Positions 1 to 8,853 of a DNA stretch of 64,000 bases are shown here, one piece after another; the first letter of the stretch is position 1; each line of letters begins with the position of its first letter. The translations under genes were made by a program, and so were the position numbers. Below the pieces are notes generated by a model. The model ran no database searches. It was not told the origin of the DNA and was given only the letters and a program-made list of their open reading frames with translations. This DNA is from Alphaproteobacteria bacterium (lineage in GTDB: Bacteria > Pseudomonadota > Alphaproteobacteria > SP197), in NCBI GenBank assembly GCA_964291415.2, contig OZ219920.1:896001-960000 (forward strand), in the 5' to 3' direction.

Positions 1-87
1 GCGCAGTACCGGCCGGCGATCCCGCGAGTGCCTTGCTGTAGTGAACACGCTGGTCAACAACGAACCTGCCTGCGTGGGAGGCGAGCC

Positions 88-501
88 TCAGCACCTCATG
101 ACCTGGATGTGACCTTCGCTGCCGTAGTCGAGAAGGCGGCGGTCGCGGGTCACAAGAACGTATCCGAACGCCCGCGCCGTCGCTGCGAGGATGCGATCTA
201 CCGGATCGGCGGGCGGTGAACCTGGAAGAGTGCAGGATGCAATCAGCACCGACGGCGGCATCTCCGCAAGTGAGAGGCCGGGTGTCGCGCAAATCCTGTC
301 GAACCAGATCGTGGGACTGAGCGACAAGGCCAATCGCCGCTTCGCCGCGAGCATTGCGACTTCCCACGCGGTCATCGGCGAGACCGCCAATTGCCCCTCT
401 TCAGGGTGCAGTTCCGCCAGCACGCTCGCGGCGGGCTCGTGTAGCGGTTCGTTCCGCACGATCCAGACTACCGCGCAGGTGTCGAGCAAAAGGACAGGCA
501 T
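88..501 (-). CDS. vapC: PIN-domain VapC-type ribonuclease toxin
   Basis: 137 aa; PIN acidic residues in LLDTC, TAWEV, DPVDRILAATA, LVTRD; 6 bp downstream of a small co-oriented gene. Confidence 0.9.
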   Translation of the reverse strand: MPVLLLDTCAVVWIVRNEPLHEPAASVLAELHPEEGQLAVSPMTAWEVAMLAAKRRLALSLSPTIWFDRICATPGLSLAEMPPSVLIASCTLPGSPPADPVDRILAATARAFGYVLVTRDRRLLDYGSEGHIQVMRC

Positions 502-507
502 CGCCGG

Positions 508-942
508 TTACCGCGCCTCGTTCCATTCCGTGTCCACGGGTTCCGTCAAGTCGATCCCTTCATACACCGTCACAGTGCCGTTGAGCGCACTGGCGAGGTG
601 GGAGATGATGCTTTGGCGCGGCGTTTCCAGCCCCTCCGGATCGTCCACTTGCGGCTTCGTTCTGCGATCTCTCGGCCGGGCACTATCCTTCGCCGACTTG
701 CGGAACACCAGCTTTCGGCCCGTCATGTCAACGTCGGCGGACTTGTACCCCGCTCTGAGCCATGCATTCGTAATGACACTGTTGGACGGATTGTTCGACC
801 ACCAGGGCCGGTGCCTGAAAGCTGAGGACGGCAATCCATCCCCGATGATTCTCTCGATCTCGGCGAAGGTCATGGGTACGTCGGCACGGCTGCAGGCGCG
901 CAGGTAGTGTTCCAAGGGCTCATACTTCGACATTTCAACCAT
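508..942 (-). CDS. Putative antitoxin: uncharacterised N-terminal domain (DUF7662-like) plus acidic VapB/Phd-like C-terminal tail
   Basis: RBS AGGAGAGA before ATG; motif SKYEPL..L..MTFAEIERIIG..LPSSA..HRPWWSN..AWL.AG; C-terminus GTVTVYEGIDLTEPVDTEWNEAR; sits in the antitoxin position upstream of vapC. Confidence 0.65.
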   Translation of the reverse strand: MVEMSKYEPLEHYLRACSRADVPMTFAEIERIIGDGLPSSAFRHRPWWSNNPSNSVITNAWLRAGYKSADVDMTGRKLVFRKSAKDSARPRDRRTKPQVDDPEGLETPRQSIISHLASALNGTVTVYEGIDLTEPVDTEWNEAR

Positions 943-1389
943 TCTCTCCTTCTCGATTTGCCTTGGCTTCTCGACGAAGTCACGGTCACCACAACCTATC
1001 TATACAAAATCGCGACATATTCGGTGTATGTTGGCTTATGATTTCCTGGGTAACAGTCTAACTATAAGGTAGGGATACACTAACGATCAAGAGTGAAATT
1101 TGACGTTGTGGATGACCTGCCCTGGCTTCGGGCTCCGTGGATGACACTCGACGGCAGTCTGCATTGTCGACTGCAATCCAAGGCAGAGGCCGGTGGAAGG
1201 TGGTGAGCGCGGGTTCTGTTCTGCCGCAGCCCCGCGGCGAACGCGGGCCGGTGCATGCGGCCGCCCTCCGATCTCAAGCATGTTCAGCGACGCAGCGTGC
1301 TTGCTCATGAAGAAATCCTCCTGAGCACCTTGGATCCACCAGCAGGCGACACATCGTCCATGCAACTTCGTCAGCAGCTGTCGCGGCGG

Positions 1390-3471
1390 CTACTTCATGG
1401 CCGGTTCGATGACATGGAGCTCGCGGCGGAACGGAACGTCACCTGGATCGGCGTCCGTCCCGAGTTCGCGGGCATAGCGATGGCCCTCGTAGACGGCGGT
1501 GGCGATGATGCCGGGCGCCTGGCAATCGCCAATCCTGCTGAGCGTGCGGATGCCGGTATCGGACGAGTCGTCAAGAGTATGCACGACTTCATGGTAGAGG
1601 CCGTCTTCCGGCAGGCGTGCCGTCACCATGACGACACCGTCGACCGGCAGCGTCACCTCGCGGCGGCTCAGGCTGTCATGAAGCAGCACCTGACCGGTCT
1701 CCACGGCGAGAAGGGTCGTGTTGGCATGGAGTTCCACGCCGGCATCATGAAGGCGTTCCTGGTTCGCCTCGTGTTCCAGCGTGTGGATCTGCCAGGAGGC
1801 AACAGTCGCCATCGGTGTGGCAAGGCTCACGTCGTAGCCTTCCGTGCTCAACAGCTCTGCGAGCACGCTCGCCATGTAGTAGTGGTCGTCGTCGAACAGC
1901 AGCACCCTGCCTTCCGGTGGCCGGCGCCCCTCGAGTATGTCGTCGGGCGTGAGGACGTGCGCTGCGTCGCTCCCGGGAACAGGTGAGGTGAGGCGCCGGC
2001 CGCAGCCATCGCGCCGCCACGTGGCTCCGGTCGCAATCGCCACGTGTTCGGCCCCAAGTTCGAGAATCTGGTCTGCGTCGAGGCGGCTCGAGCGGTAGAC
2101 GTCGACATTGGACATGCGCTGAATCTGGCTCATCCGGTAGTCGCGCACACGGGCCCAGGCAGCGAGCCCGGGCAACCGGCTCTCTCGGGTGACGCGCCCG
2201 CCGAGTTCTTCGTCTGCCTCGGCCAGTGTGACGCGGAATCCCCGCAGTCCGGCCGCCCGCGCCGCCTCGAGTCCGGCGGGTCCGGCGCCGACGACGAGCA
2301 GGTGAGCGTCCGATTCTGCCGATGGCAGGGTTTCAGGATGCCAGGCCTTGCGCCATTCCTCGCCGAAGGTCGGATTCTGGGTGCAGCGTGCCGGTGCCGT
2401 CATCTGGGTCCAGCCGATGCAGACATTGCAGCCGATGCACTCGCGAATGTCGTCAAGGCGGCCTTCCTCGACCTTCTTCGGGAGAAACGGATCGGCAATC
2501 GATGGCCGCGCGGCGCCGATCAGATCGACGATGCCGCGGCGGATTGCCGAGACCATGGCATCGGGAGACGTGTAACGTCCGACCGTCGAGACGGGCTTGG
2601 TCGTCACCTGCTTCACGAAGGCAACGTAGTCCTCCTGGTAGCCCTCGGGCGCGAACCGTGACGTCTTCGAATCGTTCGTCCAGTCGCTGACGTTGACATC
2701 CCACAGGTCCGGGAGTTCGGCCATCATCTCGACTGCCTCGCGACCCTCGGCGTGCCACTCGAGGCCGTCCGGTCCCATCATCTCGTCAACGGCAAAACGC
2801 ACCACGACTCCGGTGGTGTCACCGACGGCTTCCCGCGTCTCCTCGAGCAGTTCGCGGAACAGGCGCAGTCTGTTCTCGAGGCTGCCGCCGTATTCATCGG
2901 TCCGCTGGTTGTGGCGTCGCGCCAGAAAGTGGCTCGGTACGGTTCCGTCGTGTCCGGCATAGACGATGACAATGTCGAAGCCGATGTCGCGTGCCCGGAT
3001 GGCTGCCCGTCTGTGCGCGCGGCGGTACTCGCGGATATCCGCGAGGTCCATGGCACGCGCCTGGATCGGTGCAAGGCTCCAGTTCGCCGGCCGGTGCATC
3101 GGGCCGATCGGGATCTCCCGGCTGTAGAGATTCGGTGTGTCGTGGCCGTTGTGGACGAGTTCGATTCCAGCGAGGCTTCCGAACCGGTGCACCTCCTCGG
3201 CCATGCGGCCCAGATAGACCTCGTCGCTGGTATCCCACATGTTCGTTTCGGCGTAGGGCGAGGCGTCACCGCTGGCCAGAAAGTCGCACTGTTCAGTGCA
3301 GACGATTCCCCAGCCGCCTTCGGCCTTCGCACCCCGCATGCCGATCATCGCATTGGGATAGACCCGGCCCATGCCGTTGCAGTGGGGCACCTGGTAGAAT
3401 CTGTTGGGCGCGGTGACCGGGCCGATTGCGAGTGGTTCGAACAGGATGTCGTAACGTGGATCGCGGGTCAC
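1390..3471 (-). CDS. Histamine/trimethylamine/dimethylamine dehydrogenase family flavoenzyme (histamine dehydrogenase-like)
   Basis: 693 aa; [13 protein letters not shown] (Cys for covalent FMN), [10 protein letters not shown], 4Fe-4S motif [14 protein letters not shown], Rossmann [12 protein letters not shown]; GTG start overlaps the upstream stop (GTGA). Confidence 0.9.
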   Translation of the reverse strand: MTRDPRYDILFEPLAIGPVTAPNRFYQVPHCNGMGRVYPNAMIGMRGAKAEGGWGIVCTEQCDFLASGDASPYAETNMWDTSDEVYLGRMAEEVHRFGSLAGIELVHNGHDTPNLYSREIPIGPMHRPANWSLAPIQARAMDLADIREYRRAHRRAAIRARDIGFDIVIVYAGHDGTVPSHFLARRHNQRTDEYGGSLENRLRLFRELLEETREAVGDTTGVVVRFAVDEMMGPDGLEWHAEGREAVEMMAELPDLWDVNVSDWTNDSKTSRFAPEGYQEDYVAFVKQVTTKPVSTVGRYTSPDAMVSAIRRGIVDLIGAARPSIADPFLPKKVEEGRLDDIRECIGCNVCIGWTQMTAPARCTQNPTFGEEWRKAWHPETLPSAESDAHLLVVGAGPAGLEAARAAGLRGFRVTLAEADEELGGRVTRESRLPGLAAWARVRDYRMSQIQRMSNVDVYRSSRLDADQILELGAEHVAIATGATWRRDGCGRRLTSPVPGSDAAHVLTPDDILEGRRPPEGRVLLFDDDHYYMASVLAELLSTEGYDVSLATPMATVASWQIHTLEHEANQERLHDAGVELHANTTLLAVETGQVLLHDSLSRREVTLPVDGVVMVTARLPEDGLYHEVVHTLDDSSDTGIRTLSRIGDCQAPGIIATAVYEGHRYARELGTDADPGDVPFRRELHVIEPAMK

Positions 3472-4280
3472 AGGTCGTCCTCCCGGCTTGTGCTCACGGG
3501 GCGTTGTCCGCGCAGGTGATGGGGGCAGTGCTCACCCGTCCCGAGGACCGCTACCATGGCCTCCCAGGTCTCGACCTGATGGTCGACGAACTCGGCACCG
3601 TATCTCTTTTCCAGGTCAGCGCGCGCCGCGCCCGTCAGAAAGTCGAGTTCGCGGTGGCTCACCTCCCTGTACCAGGGATTGCGGTTGGTCAGACTCACGT
3701 TCACGAATCCTGCACCCCTGAGGGCCGCTTCGTAGTGGTCTGGCGAGGCCATGGAGAAGTCGAGCCCTTCCAGTTCGATGTAACGCGCCATCCCGGGGCT
3801 CGGCGTGTCGTCGTGGGAGATCAGCCAGTCCGATGCGGCAAACCAGCCGCCGGGCTCCAGGACGCGGAACACTTCGCGGGCAAGCAAGTCCTTGTCCGCG
3901 ACATGAATGATGGCGTCCTTGGAAAAAACGACATCAAAGCTCCGGTCGGCGAACTCGAAGGGTCCGGGTTCCACCTGCCGTATGGTGACCCGGTCGGCGG
4001 CCCCGGCATCGCGGGCACGCTTGCGCGCCGCGTTGCAGGCCGGCGCCTCGACGTCGATTCCGGTGACATGGCCCGCGCCGTGATCGAGCGCCAGCGAAAG
4101 CGTGATGCCGCCTGATCCGCAACCGATGTCGAGAATGCGGGCACCATCAAGGTCGAGACCTTCGAGAATGCGGGTGACCTCGTCGGGCCCCCCAGGCGAG
4201 AGGTATCCGCTCCCCCACACCTCCTCGAGAAAGGTGATGTAGCCGTCGTCGTAAAGTTCCTCGTCCACGATCTCCTCCAT
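3468..4280 (-). CDS. Class I SAM-dependent methyltransferase (phosphoethanolamine/sarcosine N-methyltransferase-like)
   Basis: [39 protein letters not shown]; start re-picked at ATG 4280 after GGGAG. Confidence 0.85.
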   Translation of the reverse strand: MEEIVDEELYDDGYITFLEEVWGSGYLSPGGPDEVTRILEGLDLDGARILDIGCGSGGITLSLALDHGAGHVTGIDVEAPACNAARKRARDAGAADRVTIRQVEPGPFEFADRSFDVVFSKDAIIHVADKDLLAREVFRVLEPGGWFAASDWLISHDDTPSPGMARYIELEGLDFSMASPDHYEAALRGAGFVNVSLTNRNPWYREVSHRELDFLTGAARADLEKRYGAEFVDHQVETWEAMVAVLGTGEHCPHHLRGQRPVSTSREDDL

Positions 4281-4363
4281 CAACTCCCTGGACGCGATGA
4301 ACCGTGCGTCCGAATCAGGTTCCGTTGTCCGGTCATGCTCCTGAGGCTTCGGGATGGGCGGCG

Positions 4364-5242
4364 TCACCCTCCACCCTGGGCCCTGGCGTCCTCCATCGTG
4401 CCCGCCTGGCTGCGTCCGGTCCGCCAGGCGGGTTCCGGTGGCGTGCTGACCCACGCAGGACAGTCACCCCGGAAGTGGCCGCACCGGTCATCGCCGAAGC
4501 CATGGGGCATGTAGCCCAGCAACGCCCGCAGGCGGGGGCTGTAGCGGGCCGCAATCTCGGGAGGCGTCGTCAGGTACTGGTTGACCTCCGGTCTCAACCA
4601 GCCGAGGCAGTAGCTGTTGACAAGACCCAGACGCGGTGTGTCGCTCCGGTTGGCTGCGCCGCCGTGCCACGTCGAGCCGAGGAAGAAGAGCGCTGAACCC
4701 TTTGGCATTTCGGCAACGCTCCAGCGGGACAAGTCCGGCAGATGCCACGCGCGGGAGTAGCGGTGACTGCCGGGAATCACCCGGGTCCCGCCATTCTCCT
4801 TCGTGAAGTCGCACAGGGACCACATGACCCCGAGGATCAGCTCCATGCCGGCGATGTCGATGGGGTAGATCGTGTCGTCACGGTGCAGCGCCTGGTCTGT
4901 TTCACCCGGCATGATCTCGATCGCCGTCAGGCTGCTGATCCGGTACGTCTCGGCAAACGGAAGAAGAACCTGGTCGGCGACGGCGATCACGAGATCGTGA
5001 TCCACGAGACCGGCCGCACCCGGCGCCGTGGTCAGCACGCCACCGTAGCGGAGCGTCAGGTCTCCGTTGAAGGCGCTGCGCGAATTCAGTCCCTCGGCGT
5101 CAAGCTGGGGTCTGAGTTCCCGGGCCACGTTATCTGCCAGCTCCGGCGGAGCGAGTTCCCTCACGGCAACGGTGCCGTCACGCTGCAGGATGCGTGCCAC
5201 AGTATCGGCATCGGCGGTGCGATCGAGTACGGTCAGGTCCAT
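4364..5242 (-). CDS. Phytanoyl-CoA dioxygenase (PhyH) family Fe(II)/2-oxoglutarate dioxygenase
   Basis: QALHRDD (HxD), [24 protein letters not shown]; start ATG 5242 after GGAGAG. Confidence 0.88.
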   Translation of the reverse strand: MDLTVLDRTADADTVARILQRDGTVAVRELAPPELADNVARELRPQLDAEGLNSRSAFNGDLTLRYGGVLTTAPGAAGLVDHDLVIAVADQVLLPFAETYRISSLTAIEIMPGETDQALHRDDTIYPIDIAGMELILGVMWSLCDFTKENGGTRVIPGSHRYSRAWHLPDLSRWSVAEMPKGSALFFLGSTWHGGAANRSDTPRLGLVNSYCLGWLRPEVNQYLTTPPEIAARYSPRLRALLGYMPHGFGDDRCGHFRGDCPAWVSTPPEPAWRTGRSQAGTMEDARAQGGG

Positions 5243-5447
5243 CGTGCTCTCCATGGGCAACAGCACCCCTCGAGTGTGCTTTTCGTCCGACAGACCATAC
5301 CACGTCGTTGCCGGCCCGGAACCGCGGACAGGTCCTCTCATCCTGCGAGGCAGGGTCCCCGTCAGCCCATGGGCCGCAAGACGACCCCGGATTGTCGCCG
5401 CGATGCGTTTCCCTGATAATCGGCGTCCGGTGCAGCGCGGAGGAAGA

Positions 5448-6638
5448 ATGCAGGGTCGCAACGGCGCGCAGGCAGCCAGAACGGCCGCCACTCTTGAGGC
5501 CATGTCCGCCATGGCGGTAGACGGCAACGCCGGATGGGTGACGCTGCCGGTAGATGCGTACTGCAATCCGGACATCCATGACCTTGAGGTCGAGAGGATC
5601 TTCCGGGCAGGATGGATCGCTGTCGGCCGGACCGACGAGGTCCGCGAACCCGGCAGCTACCTTGCCCGCGAGATCGCCGGGACGCCGGTCGCCATGGTCC
5701 GAGATCATGGTGGATGCCTCAGGGTCTTTGCGAACATCTGCCGTCACCGCTGGATGAAGGTTCTGGACGGGAGGGGGCGCAAGGCCGTCATCACCTGCCC
5801 CTACCACGCCTGGGTCTACGGGCTCGACGGATGTCTGCGCCGGGCGCCGGGCATGGAGTGCCATCCCGACTTCAATGCCGATGCCACACGCCTGGAAGAA
5901 CTCTCTTTCGAGGTCTGGCACGGATTCGTTTTCGTCAATCTCGACGGTCGCGCCGGTCCTCTGGCACCTCGCCTCGCGGGCGTTGAAGAGACGCTCCGCC
6001 CCTACGGCCTCGACAGCTGGGTTACCGCGCGCACCCTGGAGTTCGGAGAGGTTCCCTGGGGCTGGAAAGTGATGCAGGACAACGGCGAGTGCTACCACCA
6101 CGAAGGGTTGCACCCCGAGACCTTCCAGGCCGTCTTCCCCGGCGAGAAGACCGGCACGGCCTGTGGCGATGACTGGATACTGCAGTGGAGCCCGGCGCGG
6201 GAAGAGAGCCTGGAGACACTCGCCGACGGGACCAGGGTCATGCCCGGGTGCTACTTCGAACCGCTCGATGGCCTCGACGCCTTTCACCGCACCCACTTCG
6301 TGCTGGTCTATGTCCTGCCGAACTACCTGATCTACCTGCAGCCCGACTGCGGGATCATGATCCGCTTTCTTCCCGTCGATGCCGGTCGTTCCCACATGGA
6401 GGTTGATCTTCTGGTTCCGGAGAGTGCCCGCCGTCTCAACGATTTCGACGAGCGGCTCGATCGCCTCGAGAACTTCTTCCATCGCTTCAACGACGAGGAT
6501 GTCCCCGCCAACACGGCGATCCAGAAGGCTCTTGAAAGCGGCCGGGCCACCCGGGCGCCGCTTTCGCGTCACGAACAGCACAACCGTCATGTCGCCTGGT
6601 GGGTAGCCAGCCGACTCACGAACTCTCCGGCATCCTGA
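5448..6638 (+). CDS. Rieske non-heme iron oxygenase alpha subunit (choline/carnitine/betaine monooxygenase-like)
   Basis: Rieske NICRHR..CPYHAW; mononuclear Fe ECYHHEGLHP..EDV; start ATG 5448 after GGAGGA. Confidence 0.9.
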   Translation: MQGRNGAQAARTAATLEAMSAMAVDGNAGWVTLPVDAYCNPDIHDLEVERIFRAGWIAVGRTDEVREPGSYLAREIAGTPVAMVRDHGGCLRVFANICRHRWMKVLDGRGRKAVITCPYHAWVYGLDGCLRRAPGMECHPDFNADATRLEELSFEVWHGFVFVNLDGRAGPLAPRLAGVEETLRPYGLDSWVTARTLEFGEVPWGWKVMQDNGECYHHEGLHPETFQAVFPGEKTGTACGDDWILQWSPAREESLETLADGTRVMPGCYFEPLDGLDAFHRTHFVLVYVLPNYLIYLQPDCGIMIRFLPVDAGRSHMEVDLLVPESARRLNDFDERLDRLENFFHRFNDEDVPANTAIQKALESGRATRAPLSRHEQHNRHVAWWVASRLTNSPAS

Positions 6639-6713
6639 CGTCGTCCCGCCTGTGCCGTGGTGAACGGCCGCCGGTCCGGCCTGGCGTGCCTGACAGCCTT
6701 GCCTGGCCGGGAC

Positions 6714-8432
6714 TCAGGGATGGATGGTCACGGTGATGCAGGAGGCCCGGTTGGTGTCGTGGAAGACCGTCTGTGTGGCGACGACGGGGCTCGCTCCCTG
6801 ACCGAATGGCTCACCGGTGTTGAGATTGCGGTCGTAGCGGTTGAAGTTGCTGGACGAGATCTCGACGGCGAGGCGGTGACCGGGGGCGAGCGCATAGCTG
6901 GTCGACCACAGGTCGATGTCGAGTTCCTGTATCTCTCCCGGCACCATCATCTCCTCCCTGTCGATCCCGTTGCGGAATCGGCAGCGCAGGATGCCGTCCT
7001 GGATGAGGTTGGCGCTGCCGTCGACTGCCACATCGGCAAGTGCCACGGTGACATCCGTGTCCACGGCACTGCTGGAGAAGAAAAGGTGGGCCGAGATGGG
7101 GCCAGTCAGTTCCAGCCCGTCGGCGAACGGTTCCGACATGTAGACGAGAACATCCTGGCGTTGCTGAACACCGCGCCGATCGCCCATCTGTCCGGCCAGG
7201 GACCAGCAGTCGTAGACCAGTGTCTCGGCTACCGGATCGGCTGGGTCATAGCGATAACTCGTCGCCGGTTCGTCCCCGGGGGGATCGGTGGCAAGGAAGA
7301 GAGCTTCGGCGGACCTCAGGTAAAACCGTTGCTGCCGGCATTCCCGGGGCGGCCAGGTTCCGGTATCGCGCCAGACATCCCGCCCCATGGCGTAGTAGCG
7401 AATGGCGCCCGACTCACCGAACCCGTTCTGCTCCTGCTTGAGGTAGCGGTCGAAGAAAGTCGCGAAGGTGTCCCACTTGGCCTCGGCCGTGTTGGATTTG
7501 ACCGGCAGCAGGCCGACCCGGTGGCAGCGATCGGCCGTGCCTTCGTGATCCCAGGGCCCGATGAAGAGATGCTGGTTGGCGGCGGCGCGATTGCGTTCTT
7601 CCATGGTGCGCCAATCGGCGATCGTGGGGCCAAGGTAGTTGTCGTACCAGCCGCCCCAGTGCAGCACCGGAATGCTGATGGTCTCGTACCCGGCGAGGAG
7701 GCTGTGCTGTTCCCAGAACCGGGACGGCTGAGGGTTGGCGATCAGCTCGTCGAAGTAGCGTGACGGGGCGCCTGCGGCATCGGCCATGTCGGCGAGCGGA
7801 AGGTGCCAGTAATCGAGCCGCGAGAGATCCTGATAGGTCTGGTCTGTCATCGAGATCGCCCAGGTTCCCACGGTGTTCAGCTGCAGGCATCCGTAGCGCA
7901 TGGTGGCGCGATAGCGATCAAGGGATATGTCTCCGGGTGCAACGCACTTGAGAGCCGGATGGCCGCTCACGGCTCCGGCATAGCTGGTGAACCCGAAGTA
8001 GCTCTCGCCCCACATGCCGACCCGGCCGTCGCACCACTCCTCGCCTGCAATCCAGGCGATCGTGTCGTAGCCGTCGGGGACCTCGTTGTCGGAAAGATTG
8101 GGTTCGAAGTACCCCTCGGAACCCCATTTCCCGCGCACGTCCTGGACCACGGCGGCATAGCCCTGACGCACCCAGTGACGGGCAATGGCCGGCATGAAAC
8201 AGTAGGGTTCCGTCTTCCCGTAGGGCATGCGCGTCAGGATGGCGGGGAAGGGGCCATCGCCGGCCGGAAGGTAGACGTCCGTCGCAAGTTTGATGCCGTC
8301 TCGCATGGCCACCATGGTGTCGCTGATCACCGGGCCCTGGGCGGCCCGTTCGGGCAGAGCGGACGGGATGGTGTGATAGGCCGGCGTTTCGTGCTTGTCC
8401 TTCCACGCCTGAAGTCCATCAGACACGTTCAT
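6714..8432 (-). CDS. CocE/NonD family serine hydrolase
   Basis: MRDGIKLATDVYLP, QDVRGKWGSEG, GMWGESY (nucleophile), GWYD, GPWDH, C-terminal SSSNF.RYDRNLNTG. Confidence 0.9.
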   Translation of the reverse strand: MNVSDGLQAWKDKHETPAYHTIPSALPERAAQGPVISDTMVAMRDGIKLATDVYLPAGDGPFPAILTRMPYGKTEPYCFMPAIARHWVRQGYAAVVQDVRGKWGSEGYFEPNLSDNEVPDGYDTIAWIAGEEWCDGRVGMWGESYFGFTSYAGAVSGHPALKCVAPGDISLDRYRATMRYGCLQLNTVGTWAISMTDQTYQDLSRLDYWHLPLADMADAAGAPSRYFDELIANPQPSRFWEQHSLLAGYETISIPVLHWGGWYDNYLGPTIADWRTMEERNRAAANQHLFIGPWDHEGTADRCHRVGLLPVKSNTAEAKWDTFATFFDRYLKQEQNGFGESGAIRYYAMGRDVWRDTGTWPPRECRQQRFYLRSAEALFLATDPPGDEPATSYRYDPADPVAETLVYDCWSLAGQMGDRRGVQQRQDVLVYMSEPFADGLELTGPISAHLFFSSSAVDTDVTVALADVAVDGSANLIQDGILRCRFRNGIDREEMMVPGEIQELDIDLWSTSYALAPGHRLAVEISSSNFNRYDRNLNTGEPFGQGASPVVATQTVFHDTNRASCITVTIHP

Positions 8433-8526
8433 GGCACACGCCTTCCTCTTCACGTCGTCGTCCCATGATATCACGGTTGTTGCCCGCTTGACGCCCAGAT
8501 GGTGGTGCGGCAGGGATGCAACGTGA

Positions 8527-8853
8527 ATGGAGAAACCTGAGGTCATGTACAAGGTCGATCCCCGTCGCATGGATCTCGTGGCGGAGTTCATGGACCAGCC
8601 TGGCGGGCCCTACAGCCCGGAACTCACACTGCTGGTCAACCGCCTTCGCCTGCTGCCGATGGATGAGCGTGTCATCCTGGTGAAGACCGTCGCGGGGGAC
8701 GGATGGCGCCTGGCGCGGATGCCGGCAAGGGGCGAGCCCGTTGCCTTCACCGACGCAACCGTGTTCGAAGACTACGATGACGCCTGCCGCGAGGTCTTTC
8801 GCCGGCGTTGGCAACATGTCACCGGCACCGATCCGGGGCGGGGGGACCAATGA
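8527..8853 (+). CDS. N,N-dimethylformamidase small-subunit-like protein
   Basis: EF..QP.GPYSPEL..LVNRLR..VFRRRW pattern; ATGA overlap with a DMFase large-subunit gene; paralogous to 57224..57535 (alternative start 8545). Confidence 0.8.
   Translation: MEKPEVMYKVDPRRMDLVAEFMDQPGGPYSPELTLLVNRLRLLPMDERVILVKTVAGDGWRLARMPARGEPVAFTDATVFEDYDDACREVFRRRWQHVTGTDPGRGDQ

Noticed and set aside
1059-1072. TAACTATAAGGTAG resembles the ends of the I-CeuI/23S rRNA site
   Set aside because: The central bases are missing and there is no surrounding rRNA similarity; likely chance
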